A stretch of 64,000 nt of DNA from an uncultured bacterium (GTDB taxonomy: Bacteria > Actinomycetota > Coriobacteriia > Coriobacteriales > Eggerthellaceae). The stretch is taken from contig CALADF010000049.1 of the NCBI GenBank assembly GCA_937890835.1, positions 3,830-67,829 on the forward strand, given 5' to 3'. How positions within the stretch are numbered: position 1 is the stretch's first letter; every line of letters starts with the position of its first letter. The translations under genes and the position numbers were made by a program. Positions 44,659 to 53,532 of this stretch are shown here, one piece after another. The notes under the pieces are model-generated. The model worked only from the letters and a program-made list of their open reading frames with translations. It searched no databases and had not been told where the DNA came from.

Positions 44659-45311
44659 AAAAGGAAGTTGGAAACACGCATCTCCCCCGAGGTTCGAATG
44701 AGCAATTCAGGATCGGGGATGCCGCCCGTATACAAGCCGCGCTCGAATATCTCCTCGGATAGCTCGGGCATCTTCTGCGACGTCTCGGCCTCGAGCACCG
44801 CATAGCGCATGCACGCCTCGACCGCGTGAAGTATCTCTTGACGGGCGCCGTAGTTCACGGCGACGACAAGCGTCATCCCGTCGTTGTCGCGCGTTTTGCG
44901 CCAAGCCTCGTCGAAAGCCTCGCGCGTCTCTGCAGGAAGCGCCGAAAGGTCGCCGATCGTCATCACCCTGACATGCTCTTCATGCAGGCCATCGACCTCC
45001 GCGAGCATGGTTTTGGCGAACAAGTCCATGAGCCCGATGACCTCGTCTTGGGGCCTACGCCAGTTCTCGGTGGAGAAAGAATAGATCGTCAGATAGCGCA
45101 CGCCGAGATCCGATGCGCAGCGAATGGTCTCGCGCACCGCCTCGATGCCCGCCTTATGCCCCTTCAACCGATTGAGTGCGCGCTTTTTCGCCCATCTCCC
45201 GTTGCCGTCCATAATGACGGCGATATGCTCCGGGACGGCCGCTGCATCAAGCTCGCTAAGATCGATATCCGCAGGCGGATCGGGGAATATGTACTCGAGC
45301 GTCTTGTTCAT
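44535..45311 (-). CDS. uppS: Undecaprenyl-diphosphate synthase (cis-isoprenyl transferase)
   Basis: HIAVIMDGNGRWAKKR...LTIYSFSTENWRRP...RTSGEMRVSNFLLWQ. ATG 45311 chosen; the track start at 45332 is a TTG. Confidence 0.9.
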   Translation of the reverse strand: MNKTLEYIFPDPPADIDLSELDAAAVPEHIAVIMDGNGRWAKKRALNRLKGHKAGIEAVRETIRCASDLGVRYLTIYSFSTENWRRPQDEVIGLMDLFAKTMLAEVDGLHEEHVRVMTIGDLSALPAETREAFDEAWRKTRDNDGMTLVVAVNYGARQEILHAVEACMRYAVLEAETSQKMPELSEEIFERGLYTGGIPDPELLIRTSGEMRVSNFLLWQIAYSEFVCTDVLWPDFDRYELLRCILAYQKRERRFGGV

Positions 45312-45586
45312 CTTACTGGCGAGGATTCGCAAAGGCTAGACATCGCAATCCTGATGTAGACGTCTAGCAAACCGCCCCAACGACCACCAAGCGCGTGACA
45401 GCACCCTCGCAGACCCCTTGTCTCCTTTGCTCTCAACCCAACAACGTAAGGCAACTGAAACCCTGCGATAACTATTTTCTGCAAGATTATCTTGTTCAGT
45501 ATACGCGAAACGAACAGTCATCCCCGAAATGCGCAAAGATCGGCTTTTCGAATACATGCGAACCAACTCCAAGCGAACAGTAACGC

Positions 45587-47134
45587 TTAATCAAATCGTT
45601 TCACCAAATCAATGAGCTGCTGCCGAGAGTGGACGCCCAACTTAGCATATATATTCCTCGTATGGTAATTAACCGTACCAGCGGCGATATAGAGTTCGGA
45701 TTGAATAAACGCAGACGAACAACCTCGCGCGAGCAAACGGAAGACATCCACTTCGCGACGAGAGAGAGAAAAGGATGACGCGACAACATCACATTTCTCC
45801 TCCAGGGTCATTTCATCAGAACAGACAACCTCCCCATCTTTTCGATTGGAGGAGATTCCGTCATGCGATGCAAGTTCCAGGGAAGGATCAGGATTAATCT
45901 CATCCCTCGTATCCGAACCTGTTGAACCCAACCAATTCGCGCAAACGACTTGATCTTCCCAACCGCTTGCTTCCGAAGGCCTTACGTCTTTTTGAACCTT
46001 TTGGACCTTTACTATAGCCACAGAAAGAGCAACGGCAAGCACCTCCACGCCAACGAGGACAACGAACAGAGACGCTTGCGAGTTCAGCAGAACGCCATAC
46101 GCAAAACTCACGCGAGATGCAACATACCAGCCCGCACTGTTCAGCAACGTGCCAACTACACGCATAAGAGCAGACACTCTCAGCGCATCGAGCGAGAAGA
46201 ACTCGGCGAAACCCACCGCCACAATAAACAACATAACTTCAACGCCCAGCTCACCTATAGAGATGAACTGAGCCAAAGGTGCGGCATCGCCCAAAACAGT
46301 ATACGGAACGAGAACTGCCACAAGAAAGCACACGGGAACGACGAATGCCGACACAAAACCAGACCGCTCCATACGAAAAACGGCAACCCCGCTCACTACG
46401 ATAGGAACAAATGCCACAAGCGCATAGAAAACATATGTGTAACCGCTCGACGATGAAAAAAAATCAAGAAAACCGGACGACATGTAAAACACAGCGATGG
46501 GGAAAAGTAACGTAAGATAGTTTAAGGGACGATCTTTCGAGCTGCACTCAAGCTCATCGCGAGGCCATGGCTCCAACCGGACCAGATGAAACAGCACGCC
46601 AGAAACGACTGGTGAAACTACCGTGGCGACACGCAAAGCGTTACCCGGCAAGTACATCAGAGTTACGCACACTCCAACCGACATAGCCATGAGGGTCGGA
46701 AAGCTCCCAAGGGCGACGCCTAGTCCCACTCGCCGATACGCAACTATCCATTGCTGAGCCATTACGCCAGAACCGACGCCCGTAAGGATACCGCCAACCC
46801 ATATAAACACGACAGCGAGATATGAGGGGGGATCCGCCATAAGCACCACGGTTCCCACCACCATCGAAAAAGGAGCTGCAATTTTCGCAAAAGACGCCGT
46901 AAGAAATTCAACGCGACCGAACGGCGCAAACGAAATAGCTAAAAGCGTCAGCGACATGACAAGAGCGCTCACAAGGTAAGGTCCACTCATGAGAGACACA
47001 GGTGCTGCAGCCTCTATGCCAGCAGTCTGAGCATAAAAGAGCAGATAGATCCACGAAAGAAGAAACACCACACCCGTGTAAACGGGCGGTACGCCGATAA
47101 ACTCACTGCGCCGGATTCGACAATCCTCCATCAT
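45587..47134 (-). CDS. Membrane-embedded LuxR/GerE-family transcriptional regulator (~12 TM N-terminal domain plus C-terminal HTH)
   Basis: C-terminus LSRREVDVFRLLARGCSSAFIQSELYIAAGTVNYHTRNIYAKLGVHSRQQLIDLV (GerE HTH). About 12 hydrophobic helices precede it. ATG 47134 with an AGGGGG RBS. Confidence 0.8.
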   Translation of the reverse strand: MMEDCRIRRSEFIGVPPVYTGVVFLLSWIYLLFYAQTAGIEAAAPVSLMSGPYLVSALVMSLTLLAISFAPFGRVEFLTASFAKIAAPFSMVVGTVVLMADPPSYLAVVFIWVGGILTGVGSGVMAQQWIVAYRRVGLGVALGSFPTLMAMSVGVCVTLMYLPGNALRVATVVSPVVSGVLFHLVRLEPWPRDELECSSKDRPLNYLTLLFPIAVFYMSSGFLDFFSSSSGYTYVFYALVAFVPIVVSGVAVFRMERSGFVSAFVVPVCFLVAVLVPYTVLGDAAPLAQFISIGELGVEVMLFIVAVGFAEFFSLDALRVSALMRVVGTLLNSAGWYVASRVSFAYGVLLNSQASLFVVLVGVEVLAVALSVAIVKVQKVQKDVRPSEASGWEDQVVCANWLGSTGSDTRDEINPDPSLELASHDGISSNRKDGEVVCSDEMTLEEKCDVVASSFSLSRREVDVFRLLARGCSSAFIQSELYIAAGTVNYHTRNIYAKLGVHSRQQLIDLVKRFD

Positions 47135-47164
47135 GACACCCCCTGGAATCAAGCGGTCCCCACT

Positions 47165-47203
47165 CCGCCTCATGTGGTCTCATTATGAGACCACATGAGG
47201 CGG
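47165..47203. repeat. 39-bp perfect palindrome (19-bp arms, 1-nt centre) in the divergent LuxR/MFS control region
   Basis: CCGCCTCATGTGGTCTCAT-T-ATGAGACCACATGAGGCGG. I verified this by writing out the reverse complement. Confidence 0.95.
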
Positions 47204-47412
47204 GCCTTTCGATCGAAGAGAAAAACAATAAAGAATTAATGGGTACTTCCATAACACTAGCGTCGTCACCAATGCTCCACTTTTCGACCTGATCAAACAA
47301 ACAATACGTGACCACAATGATTGTGCGGGGCATAAAACAGCGCCTGCCCCTATTCTCCAAATCGCAACAGCGGATTCGAGAGACGAATCTGCGCGACACG
47401 AAGGGAACTCTC

Positions 47413-48606
47413 ATGGAACTCAACATCAGCAACGGAAGGAAGTGGCTTGCTTTCATAGCATTAGCCCTGTCCTCCATGTGCACATTAGGCGATATGGTCA
47501 TAAATCCCATCGCCGCCGCTTTGTTCGAGGTCTTTGCGGGCCAGTCGGAGGCGTTGATCAACTTCTCCATTACTGGACCGGCACTTGTAGGCCTCCCTTT
47601 TGGCGTCCTCGCAGGCGTGCTGTGCGACCGCATAGATAAAAAAATCGTTATGGTTACAGGCTTTGCAATCTTCGTCGTCTCAGCCTGTTTTGGGGGCGTT
47701 GACAATCTACCCCTATTTGTTACGCTTCGTTGCTTCGCCACTGGCGTAGGCTGGGGCATTACGAATACCGCCGCTCTTTCCATACTGGCAGTCATGTACG
47801 CCGACGAAGCGGAGCATGGCAAGTTTGTTGGCTGGTACAACATGGTTATGTCAATCATGGGTGCGCTCATGGCTTTCGTAGCTGGCATCCTCGCAGTAGG
47901 AGGATGGCAACACGCCTTCTGGACTTACTACATCTCCATCCCCGTTCTCGTTATGCTCATCATTTTCCTTCCGAGCATGAGACCCACTTCTCATTCCAGC
48001 AACTCTAAAGAGAAAGAGTCTGGAGCGGCTGACGCTGGCTGGTGGAAGGCTCTCGTCCCTCTCACTATCCAAGTGTTCTTTGTTGCCCTTGGCTTTTTTG
48101 TTTCCCTGTATATGATCGCCTTATATGTCACAGACGCAGGTATTGGCGACGAAGCATTTATAGGTGTCCTTAGCTCCATCTCCACCATTGCCACCGCTAT
48201 CGCCTCCGCCGTATTCGGTGCTCTCTATGCAAAATTCAAGAACGCGGTTTACTTGCCCGGTTTGTTCGTCATGGGCGCATGCTATCTCGTCATGAGCTTT
48301 TTCCCCAGTCAGATAACCGCAGTCGTATGCATCGCATTACTGGGTCTCATGTGGCCAACTTACTTTTGCTACTTTTACGCACGCTGCACCGAGCTCGTCC
48401 CAGCATCAAAGGCAGGCACGGCCACATCTATCGTCGCATTATCGGACGGGCTTGCCGCAACAGCATGCTCGTACCTTCTCACTGGCTCCATGAGCATCAT
48501 GGGGGTCGATGCAGTCGGCGCGTGGATCATCCCGGGCGTCATTTTGCTCGCCACGGGCATTATCTCCGCCATTGCGTTTTTGGCATCACGCAAGAAGAGT
48601 AGCTAA
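47413..48606 (+). CDS. MFS transporter (paralog 1)
   Basis: 12-TM profile. AAGGGAA RBS before ATG 47413. About half the residues are identical to the 50526..51791 product over aligned blocks (e.g. ATGVGWGITNTAALSIL). Confidence 0.8.
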   Translation: MELNISNGRKWLAFIALALSSMCTLGDMVINPIAAALFEVFAGQSEALINFSITGPALVGLPFGVLAGVLCDRIDKKIVMVTGFAIFVVSACFGGVDNLPLFVTLRCFATGVGWGITNTAALSILAVMYADEAEHGKFVGWYNMVMSIMGALMAFVAGILAVGGWQHAFWTYYISIPVLVMLIIFLPSMRPTSHSSNSKEKESGAADAGWWKALVPLTIQVFFVALGFFVSLYMIALYVTDAGIGDEAFIGVLSSISTIATAIASAVFGALYAKFKNAVYLPGLFVMGACYLVMSFFPSQITAVVCIALLGLMWPTYFCYFYARCTELVPASKAGTATSIVALSDGLAATACSYLLTGSMSIMGVDAVGAWIIPGVILLATGIISAIAFLASRKKSS

Positions 48607-48720
48607 CCCATTCCGCCAATGTTGAGATAGCGCTCCGTTCCAGCATATATCACATAGCGGAACACTGAAGCACAGCGATCCACGCCACCCCGAAACAGCA
48701 CGTCCGACAAGGAGAGCATC

Positions 48721-50352
48721 ATGACGTATGCAGATATCGTAATCAAAAGTTCCTCCATATTCACCGCAGAAACAATCGGGACTATCGAAGGCGCTGTCAT
48801 TGTTTCTGGCGAGGAGATCGTCGCCGTAACAAACACCGACAACGCCGACCAGTACGTAGGGCCAGCCACGTGCGTAATAGAATGCGGAGACAGACTAGTC
48901 TGCCCCGGGTTCAACGACGCACACACCCACTTCATTCAAAATGGGGTCATGAAAGACGAGAGCTACACGCTTTCACTCGAAGGAGTCACATCGGAAAGCG
49001 AAGCCATCGAAAAAATCAAACGCTTCGCCAAAGAACATCCTGACAATGCGTGGATAGTCGGATGCGGGATTAACTTTGACGATTGGAGTGAAGAGCCAAG
49101 CAAAGAGATACTTGACTCTGCCATCCCCGACCGCCCAGCATACTTCGCCTCCTGGGATATGCATGTAGGTTGGATGAACTCACTCGCCCTTGAAGCCGCA
49201 GGCTACACGAGAGACACCCCCGATCCCGAAGGCGGTATCATCGTACGAGACGAGAATGGCAATCCGACGGGAATCGGAAAAGAACCGCCAGCGAACGATC
49301 CCGTATGGGGTATGGCCAATTTAGCAGCAGACATGGATCGCGCACTCGGAAGCGCTATCAAGGAAGCACTGACCTATGGCGTTACAGCTACTGGATGCGT
49401 CTGGCCCTATGGGGGAATTCCCGAAGACGAAAACATCCGAATTCTTCAGGAGTTTGAACGAGAAGGAAAGCTCCCCATACGCGTTAGCTGCTTTCTAAAG
49501 CTAGAACCAGGCCTCGAGAATGCAAAGAAATACGAACCCCTCCTGCGGTCCGACAATCTTCGCTTTGCAGGCCTGAAGCAGATCACCGATGGCGTTTGCG
49601 AAGCGCACACCGCCTACCTCACGGAACCCTACGCCGACGACCCAACAACATGCGGAGAGCCAACCATCAAATTCGACGATCTCCGCGCCATGGTTGAAGA
49701 AGCGAATTCTCATGGGTACTCCGTAAGACTGCATGCCATAGGAAATGGCACAGTCAAGCAAGCGCTCAACGTATTCGAAGCCGTTCGAGAGAAGAACGGA
49801 GTCAATCGGCTACGTAATTCCATCGAACATATAGAATCCTGCTGCCCCGAAGATATCGGCCGTTTCGTAAACCTCGGGATCATCCCCTCAATGCAGCCCA
49901 TTCACTCGGTGCTCAACGTCGACGGATACCCGAAACTTCTTGGCGAAAAATGGGTACCTTACATGTGGCCCATAAAGTCCATCATCGAAACGGGCGCCAC
50001 TGCGGCCTTCGGAACCGACGCTCCCGTGTGGAATCTCAACCCCATGGAAGGACTATACGCCGCCATCACACGTCAACAACCATGGGACGGATACCCCGAA
50101 GGCGGGTTCGTACCTGAACAATGCATAAGCATCGGCGAAGCTCTCAAAGCGTATACCTATGGTTCTGCCTACGTTGAAAACTTCGAAAACCGCATAGGAA
50201 CGCTACACCAAGGAAAACTCGCGGATATTGTGATCATGGATCGCAATCTCATGACAGCTAAGCCCGACGAAATCCTAGAAGCAAAGGTTCTCTACACCAT
50301 CATCGGCGGCAAGATCGTTTTCCAAGCAGAAGATGCAGATTTGATTAAGTAG
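48721..50352 (+). CDS. Amidohydrolase-3 family metal-dependent hydrolase (YtcJ/COG1574-like)
   Basis: AAGGAGAG RBS. CPGFNDAHTHF (HxH metal site) and C-terminal FGTDAPV...GKLADIVIMD motifs. Confidence 0.8.
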   Translation: MTYADIVIKSSSIFTAETIGTIEGAVIVSGEEIVAVTNTDNADQYVGPATCVIECGDRLVCPGFNDAHTHFIQNGVMKDESYTLSLEGVTSESEAIEKIKRFAKEHPDNAWIVGCGINFDDWSEEPSKEILDSAIPDRPAYFASWDMHVGWMNSLALEAAGYTRDTPDPEGGIIVRDENGNPTGIGKEPPANDPVWGMANLAADMDRALGSAIKEALTYGVTATGCVWPYGGIPEDENIRILQEFEREGKLPIRVSCFLKLEPGLENAKKYEPLLRSDNLRFAGLKQITDGVCEAHTAYLTEPYADDPTTCGEPTIKFDDLRAMVEEANSHGYSVRLHAIGNGTVKQALNVFEAVREKNGVNRLRNSIEHIESCCPEDIGRFVNLGIIPSMQPIHSVLNVDGYPKLLGEKWVPYMWPIKSIIETGATAAFGTDAPVWNLNPMEGLYAAITRQQPWDGYPEGGFVPEQCISIGEALKAYTYGSAYVENFENRIGTLHQGKLADIVIMDRNLMTAKPDEILEAKVLYTIIGGKIVFQAEDADLIK

Positions 50353-50525
50353 CCCCCTCACTCCTTTATCGCCAACGAAACGAACTACGCAGCAAATTAC
50401 CCCCATTATCTGGTGCTAGGCGTTCGCCACCCCAACGAACACCTAGCACCCAAGGCGGAGCCTTGGAACCGCTTAAGACAAAAGGCCAGCTGCCGAAGAC
50501 GAATCTTCGCAGACTGAAAGGCGAC

Positions 50526-51791
50526 ATGATGACTTCATCCCGCGATCTGCCAAAATGGCAACTCATCCTCGCGCTTACAGCGCTGTTCCTTTCCTCGATG
50601 TGCACAATGGGCGATCTTGTCGTAAGCCCCGTTGCTGCCAGCATCTACAATTCGTTCGACGATTCTCCCGAATGGCTTGTCAATCTCGGAGTAACCGGCC
50701 CAGCACTTTTCGGGCTCCCCTTCGGTCTCGTTACGGGTTTTCTTTGTGATAGGGTCGACAAAAAGAAAATCATGGTCACAGGGTTCACCATATTCGCCAT
50801 ATCCGCCGTATTCGGAGCCATGTACGATAACGTCTACTATTTTGTCAGTATGAGACTACTCGCCACAGGAGTAGGATGGGGAATCACAAACACCGCAGCC
50901 CTTTCAATCCTCGCCGACTTATTCGTAGATGAAACTGAACACGGAAAGTATGTAGGCTGGTACAATTCCGCAATGTCAATCATCGGGGCCGCGCTTTCTT
51001 ACGGCGCGGGCATTGTCGCCAATGGCACATGGCAAAACGCTTATGTCATGTACGCGATGGCCATTCCAGTGTTAATAATGCTTATCGCTTTTCTTCCCAA
51101 CTTTCCGCCTTCGAGACCCACGGCAGAAGCTGTAAAAGAAATCGAGGGCGTCTCCATGAGCTCCGCGGCAGCTCTCGCACGTGCAATGTTCCACCAGAGA
51201 AGCAAAGAAGTTGAAGAGGGGGGTTGGTGGAGAAAACTCGCCTCCCTGTCGCTCCAAGTGTTCTTAGTAGCAACCCTTTACTTCATCATCCTCTATCTCA
51301 TATCGATTTACGTTGCCTACACTGGCGTAGGGGACGAATCTTACTCGGGAACGCTCATGTCTATCATGACGATCTGCACCGCTACAAGCTCCCTAATGTT
51401 CGGAAGAGTCTACAAGCACCTCAAAGACCGAGTATACATTCCCGCCCTTTTTATCATCGGAGCCGTATTTCTCATGCTCGCATTTTTCCCCATTGCCCCT
51501 GTTGTCACCGTCGCACTAGCAGCCGCAGGCATTGCTTGGCCATTCTACTTTTGCTATTTCTACACGCACTGCACACAAATTGTTCCCACATCAAAGCAGA
51601 GCACCGCAACGAGCATAGTGGCTGCGGCGAACGGACTAGCGGTTGCAGCGAGTTCGTTTCTCCTGATGGGAGCGATCGACGCTACAGGCGGAAAATGCCT
51701 TGATGCCTACCAGCTGTTCGGCTTTGCGATGATAACCATCGCCTCCGTCTCCGCGATCTCCTCTATTTCGAAGCGAGCAAGCTCCAACTAA
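50526..51791 (+). CDS. MFS transporter (paralog 2)
   Basis: GAAAGG RBS before ATG 50526. 12-TM profile. Paralogous to the 47413..48606 product. Confidence 0.8.
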   Translation: MMTSSRDLPKWQLILALTALFLSSMCTMGDLVVSPVAASIYNSFDDSPEWLVNLGVTGPALFGLPFGLVTGFLCDRVDKKKIMVTGFTIFAISAVFGAMYDNVYYFVSMRLLATGVGWGITNTAALSILADLFVDETEHGKYVGWYNSAMSIIGAALSYGAGIVANGTWQNAYVMYAMAIPVLIMLIAFLPNFPPSRPTAEAVKEIEGVSMSSAAALARAMFHQRSKEVEEGGWWRKLASLSLQVFLVATLYFIILYLISIYVAYTGVGDESYSGTLMSIMTICTATSSLMFGRVYKHLKDRVYIPALFIIGAVFLMLAFFPIAPVVTVALAAAGIAWPFYFCYFYTHCTQIVPTSKQSTATSIVAAANGLAVAASSFLLMGAIDATGGKCLDAYQLFGFAMITIASVSAISSISKRASSN

Positions 51792-51794
51792 CGC

Positions 51795-51842
51795 AAAAAA
51801 ACACCTATGGCCGCGCAGGCGAGCAATCGTCTACGCGGCCAT
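51795..51842 (-). terminator. Rho-independent terminator after frr
   Basis: Minus strand: AUGGCCGCG-N18-CGCGGCCAU followed by GGUGUUUUUUU. Confidence 0.55.
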
Positions 51843-51865
51843 ATACCCAGCTGAAAAGGAGGTCG

Positions 51866-52429
51866 TTAGATCTCCATGACCTCCGCTTCCTTCTTCTTGA
51901 AATGCGCATCGCACTCGGCGATGAACTTATCCGTGAGCTTTTGCACCTCGTCCTCGGCGCGCTTGGCCTCGTCCTCGGGCAGGTTGTCGTTCTTCTTCGC
52001 CTTATCGATGGCGGTGTTGGCGTCGCGACGAGCGTTGCGCACGCCGACGCGCGCCTCCTCGACAAAGCCCTTGCACTGCTTGACCAGCTCACGACGACGC
52101 TCCTCGGTGAGCGCGGGGAACGGCAAGCGAATGACCGATCCGTCGTTGTTGGGCGTCACGCCCAGATCGCTCTCGAGAATGGCATGCTCGATGGCGCGCA
52201 GCGTGCCCTTGTCCCACGGCTCGATGACGAGCAGATGGGCGTCGGGGCTCTTCACGCCCGCCATCTGGTTAATCGGCGTCGGAACGCCGTAATAGTCTAC
52301 CTTGATGCGATCGAGCACCATCGCGTTGGCGCGACCCGTGCGAACGGACGCGAAGTTGTCGGAAAGCGCGGAGAGAACCTTCTCCATGCGTTCCTCAGCC
52401 TGCATCAAAATCTCATCAACGTCAGCCAT
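51866..52429 (-). CDS. frr: Ribosome recycling factor
   Basis: 187 aa: LSDNFASVRTGRANAMVLDRIKVDYYGVPTPINQMA...IRLPFPALTEERRREL. Confidence 0.95.
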   Translation of the reverse strand: MADVDEILMQAEERMEKVLSALSDNFASVRTGRANAMVLDRIKVDYYGVPTPINQMAGVKSPDAHLLVIEPWDKGTLRAIEHAILESDLGVTPNNDGSVIRLPFPALTEERRRELVKQCKGFVEEARVGVRNARRDANTAIDKAKKNDNLPEDEAKRAEDEVQKLTDKFIAECDAHFKKKEAEVMEI

Positions 52430-52535
52430 TTATGCTTCCTTTCCCTGTTATGCCGAAACGAAGCGGCGCCGCGCCGATTCGCATCACGTCATTGCCCTTC
52501 GCGCACTTCGCCGCGCGCCATTGCGCGGCATGCGA

Positions 52536-53252
52536 TTATTCTACCGTGGTTCCCACGTCCTCGCCCTTGAGGGCGCGCTGGATGTTGCCGCGCTTGGTCA
52601 GATCGAACACGATCATCGGCACGTCGTTGTCCATGCACAGCGAAGTCGCGGTTGCGTCCATGACGTTGAGCCCGCGGTTGAGAACCTCCATGTAGGAAAT
52701 GCGGTCGAAGCGCTTCGCGTCCGGGTTTTTCTTCGGGTCGGAGTCGTACACGCCATCGACCTTCGTCGCCTTCATGAGGCAATCGACGTCGAGCTCGCAC
52801 GCGCGCAGCGCCGCAGTGGTATCGGTGGTGAAGTACGGGTTGCCGGTGCCCGCCGCGAGAATGACCACGCGGCCCTTCTCGAGATGACGGATGGCACGAC
52901 GGCGAATGTAGGGCTCCGATACCTCTTGCATGTTGATGGCGCTTTGAACGCGCGAGAAGACACCGTGACGCTCGAAGGAATCCTGCAGGGCAAGAGCGTT
53001 CATGACGGTGGCGAGCATACCGATATAGTCGGCCTGCGCGCGATCCATGCCCTCGGCTGAGCCGGCCAGGCCGCGGAAGATATTGCCGCCGCCGACGACA
53101 ACGGCGAGCTGAACGCCGTCGCGAACGATCTCAGCGATCTCTTCGGCCAAATCGTCAACGACCTTGGGGTCGATCCCGTAGCCCAGATCTCCCGCGAGCG
53201 CCTCGCCGGAAAGCTTGAGCAGCACGCGATCGTACTTGTATTCCTTCGACAT
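52536..53252 (-). CDS. pyrH: UMP kinase
   Basis: [13 protein letters not shown]...[10 protein letters not shown]...[12 protein letters not shown]. Confidence 0.95.
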   Translation of the reverse strand: MSKEYKYDRVLLKLSGEALAGDLGYGIDPKVVDDLAEEIAEIVRDGVQLAVVVGGGNIFRGLAGSAEGMDRAQADYIGMLATVMNALALQDSFERHGVFSRVQSAINMQEVSEPYIRRRAIRHLEKGRVVILAAGTGNPYFTTDTTAALRACELDVDCLMKATKVDGVYDSDPKKNPDAKRFDRISYMEVLNRGLNVMDATATSLCMDNDVPMIVFDLTKRGNIQRALKGEDVGTTVE

Positions 53253-53455
53253 GAATAACGTCCCTTCGGTCGCAATCGTTGTTAAATCTTATACATATTA
53301 ACCGAAAGGACGACATCGGCGCACCCGCTGCACGCAAAATCGCAAACATACGAACGAATCGCAGCATCTCACGCGAGGGAAGGCCGGCCCGATTCGAGAG
53401 CCGGCCGCAAACCGAAAAGGCCCTGCGGTAGACAAAACGTCAAGCTGAGACAGTG

Positions 53456-53492
53456 AAAGGCGGTGCCGGGATGGTTTCCCGGCACCGCCTTT
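53456..53492 (-). terminator. Terminator after htrA (16-bp stem)
   Basis: AAAGGCGGTGCCGGGA-tggt-TTCCCGGCACCGCCTTT, ~40 nt after the htrA stop. Confidence 0.55.
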
Positions 53493-53532
53493 CGGCAAGC
53501 GAGCCCGTCAAAAGTCGGACGACGTCGGCAAC

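Larger units (their letters stand above)
45333..51865. other. Lower-GC accessory island (four genes, no mobility genes) between uppS and the frr terminator
   Basis: By eye, A/T content and A/T-ending codons are clearly higher than in the flanks. It interrupts the widely conserved frr-uppS adjacency. Confidence 0.6.

Noticed and set aside
45333-45586. Small ORFs (45336..45572 minus, 45395..45583 plus) and possible att-site or integrase remnants at the left edge of the low-GC island.
   Set aside because: There is no RBS, the translations are implausible, and there is no similarity to recombinase motifs. I saw no direct repeat matching the right edge (51792..51865). The only local palindrome is short (TAGAC/GTCTA).
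47103-47888. 261-aa minus-strand ORF overlapping the LuxR start region and the first MFS gene.
   Set aside because: It is antisense to a clear 12-TM MFS reading frame. It has no RBS and its composition is unlike either neighbouring gene.
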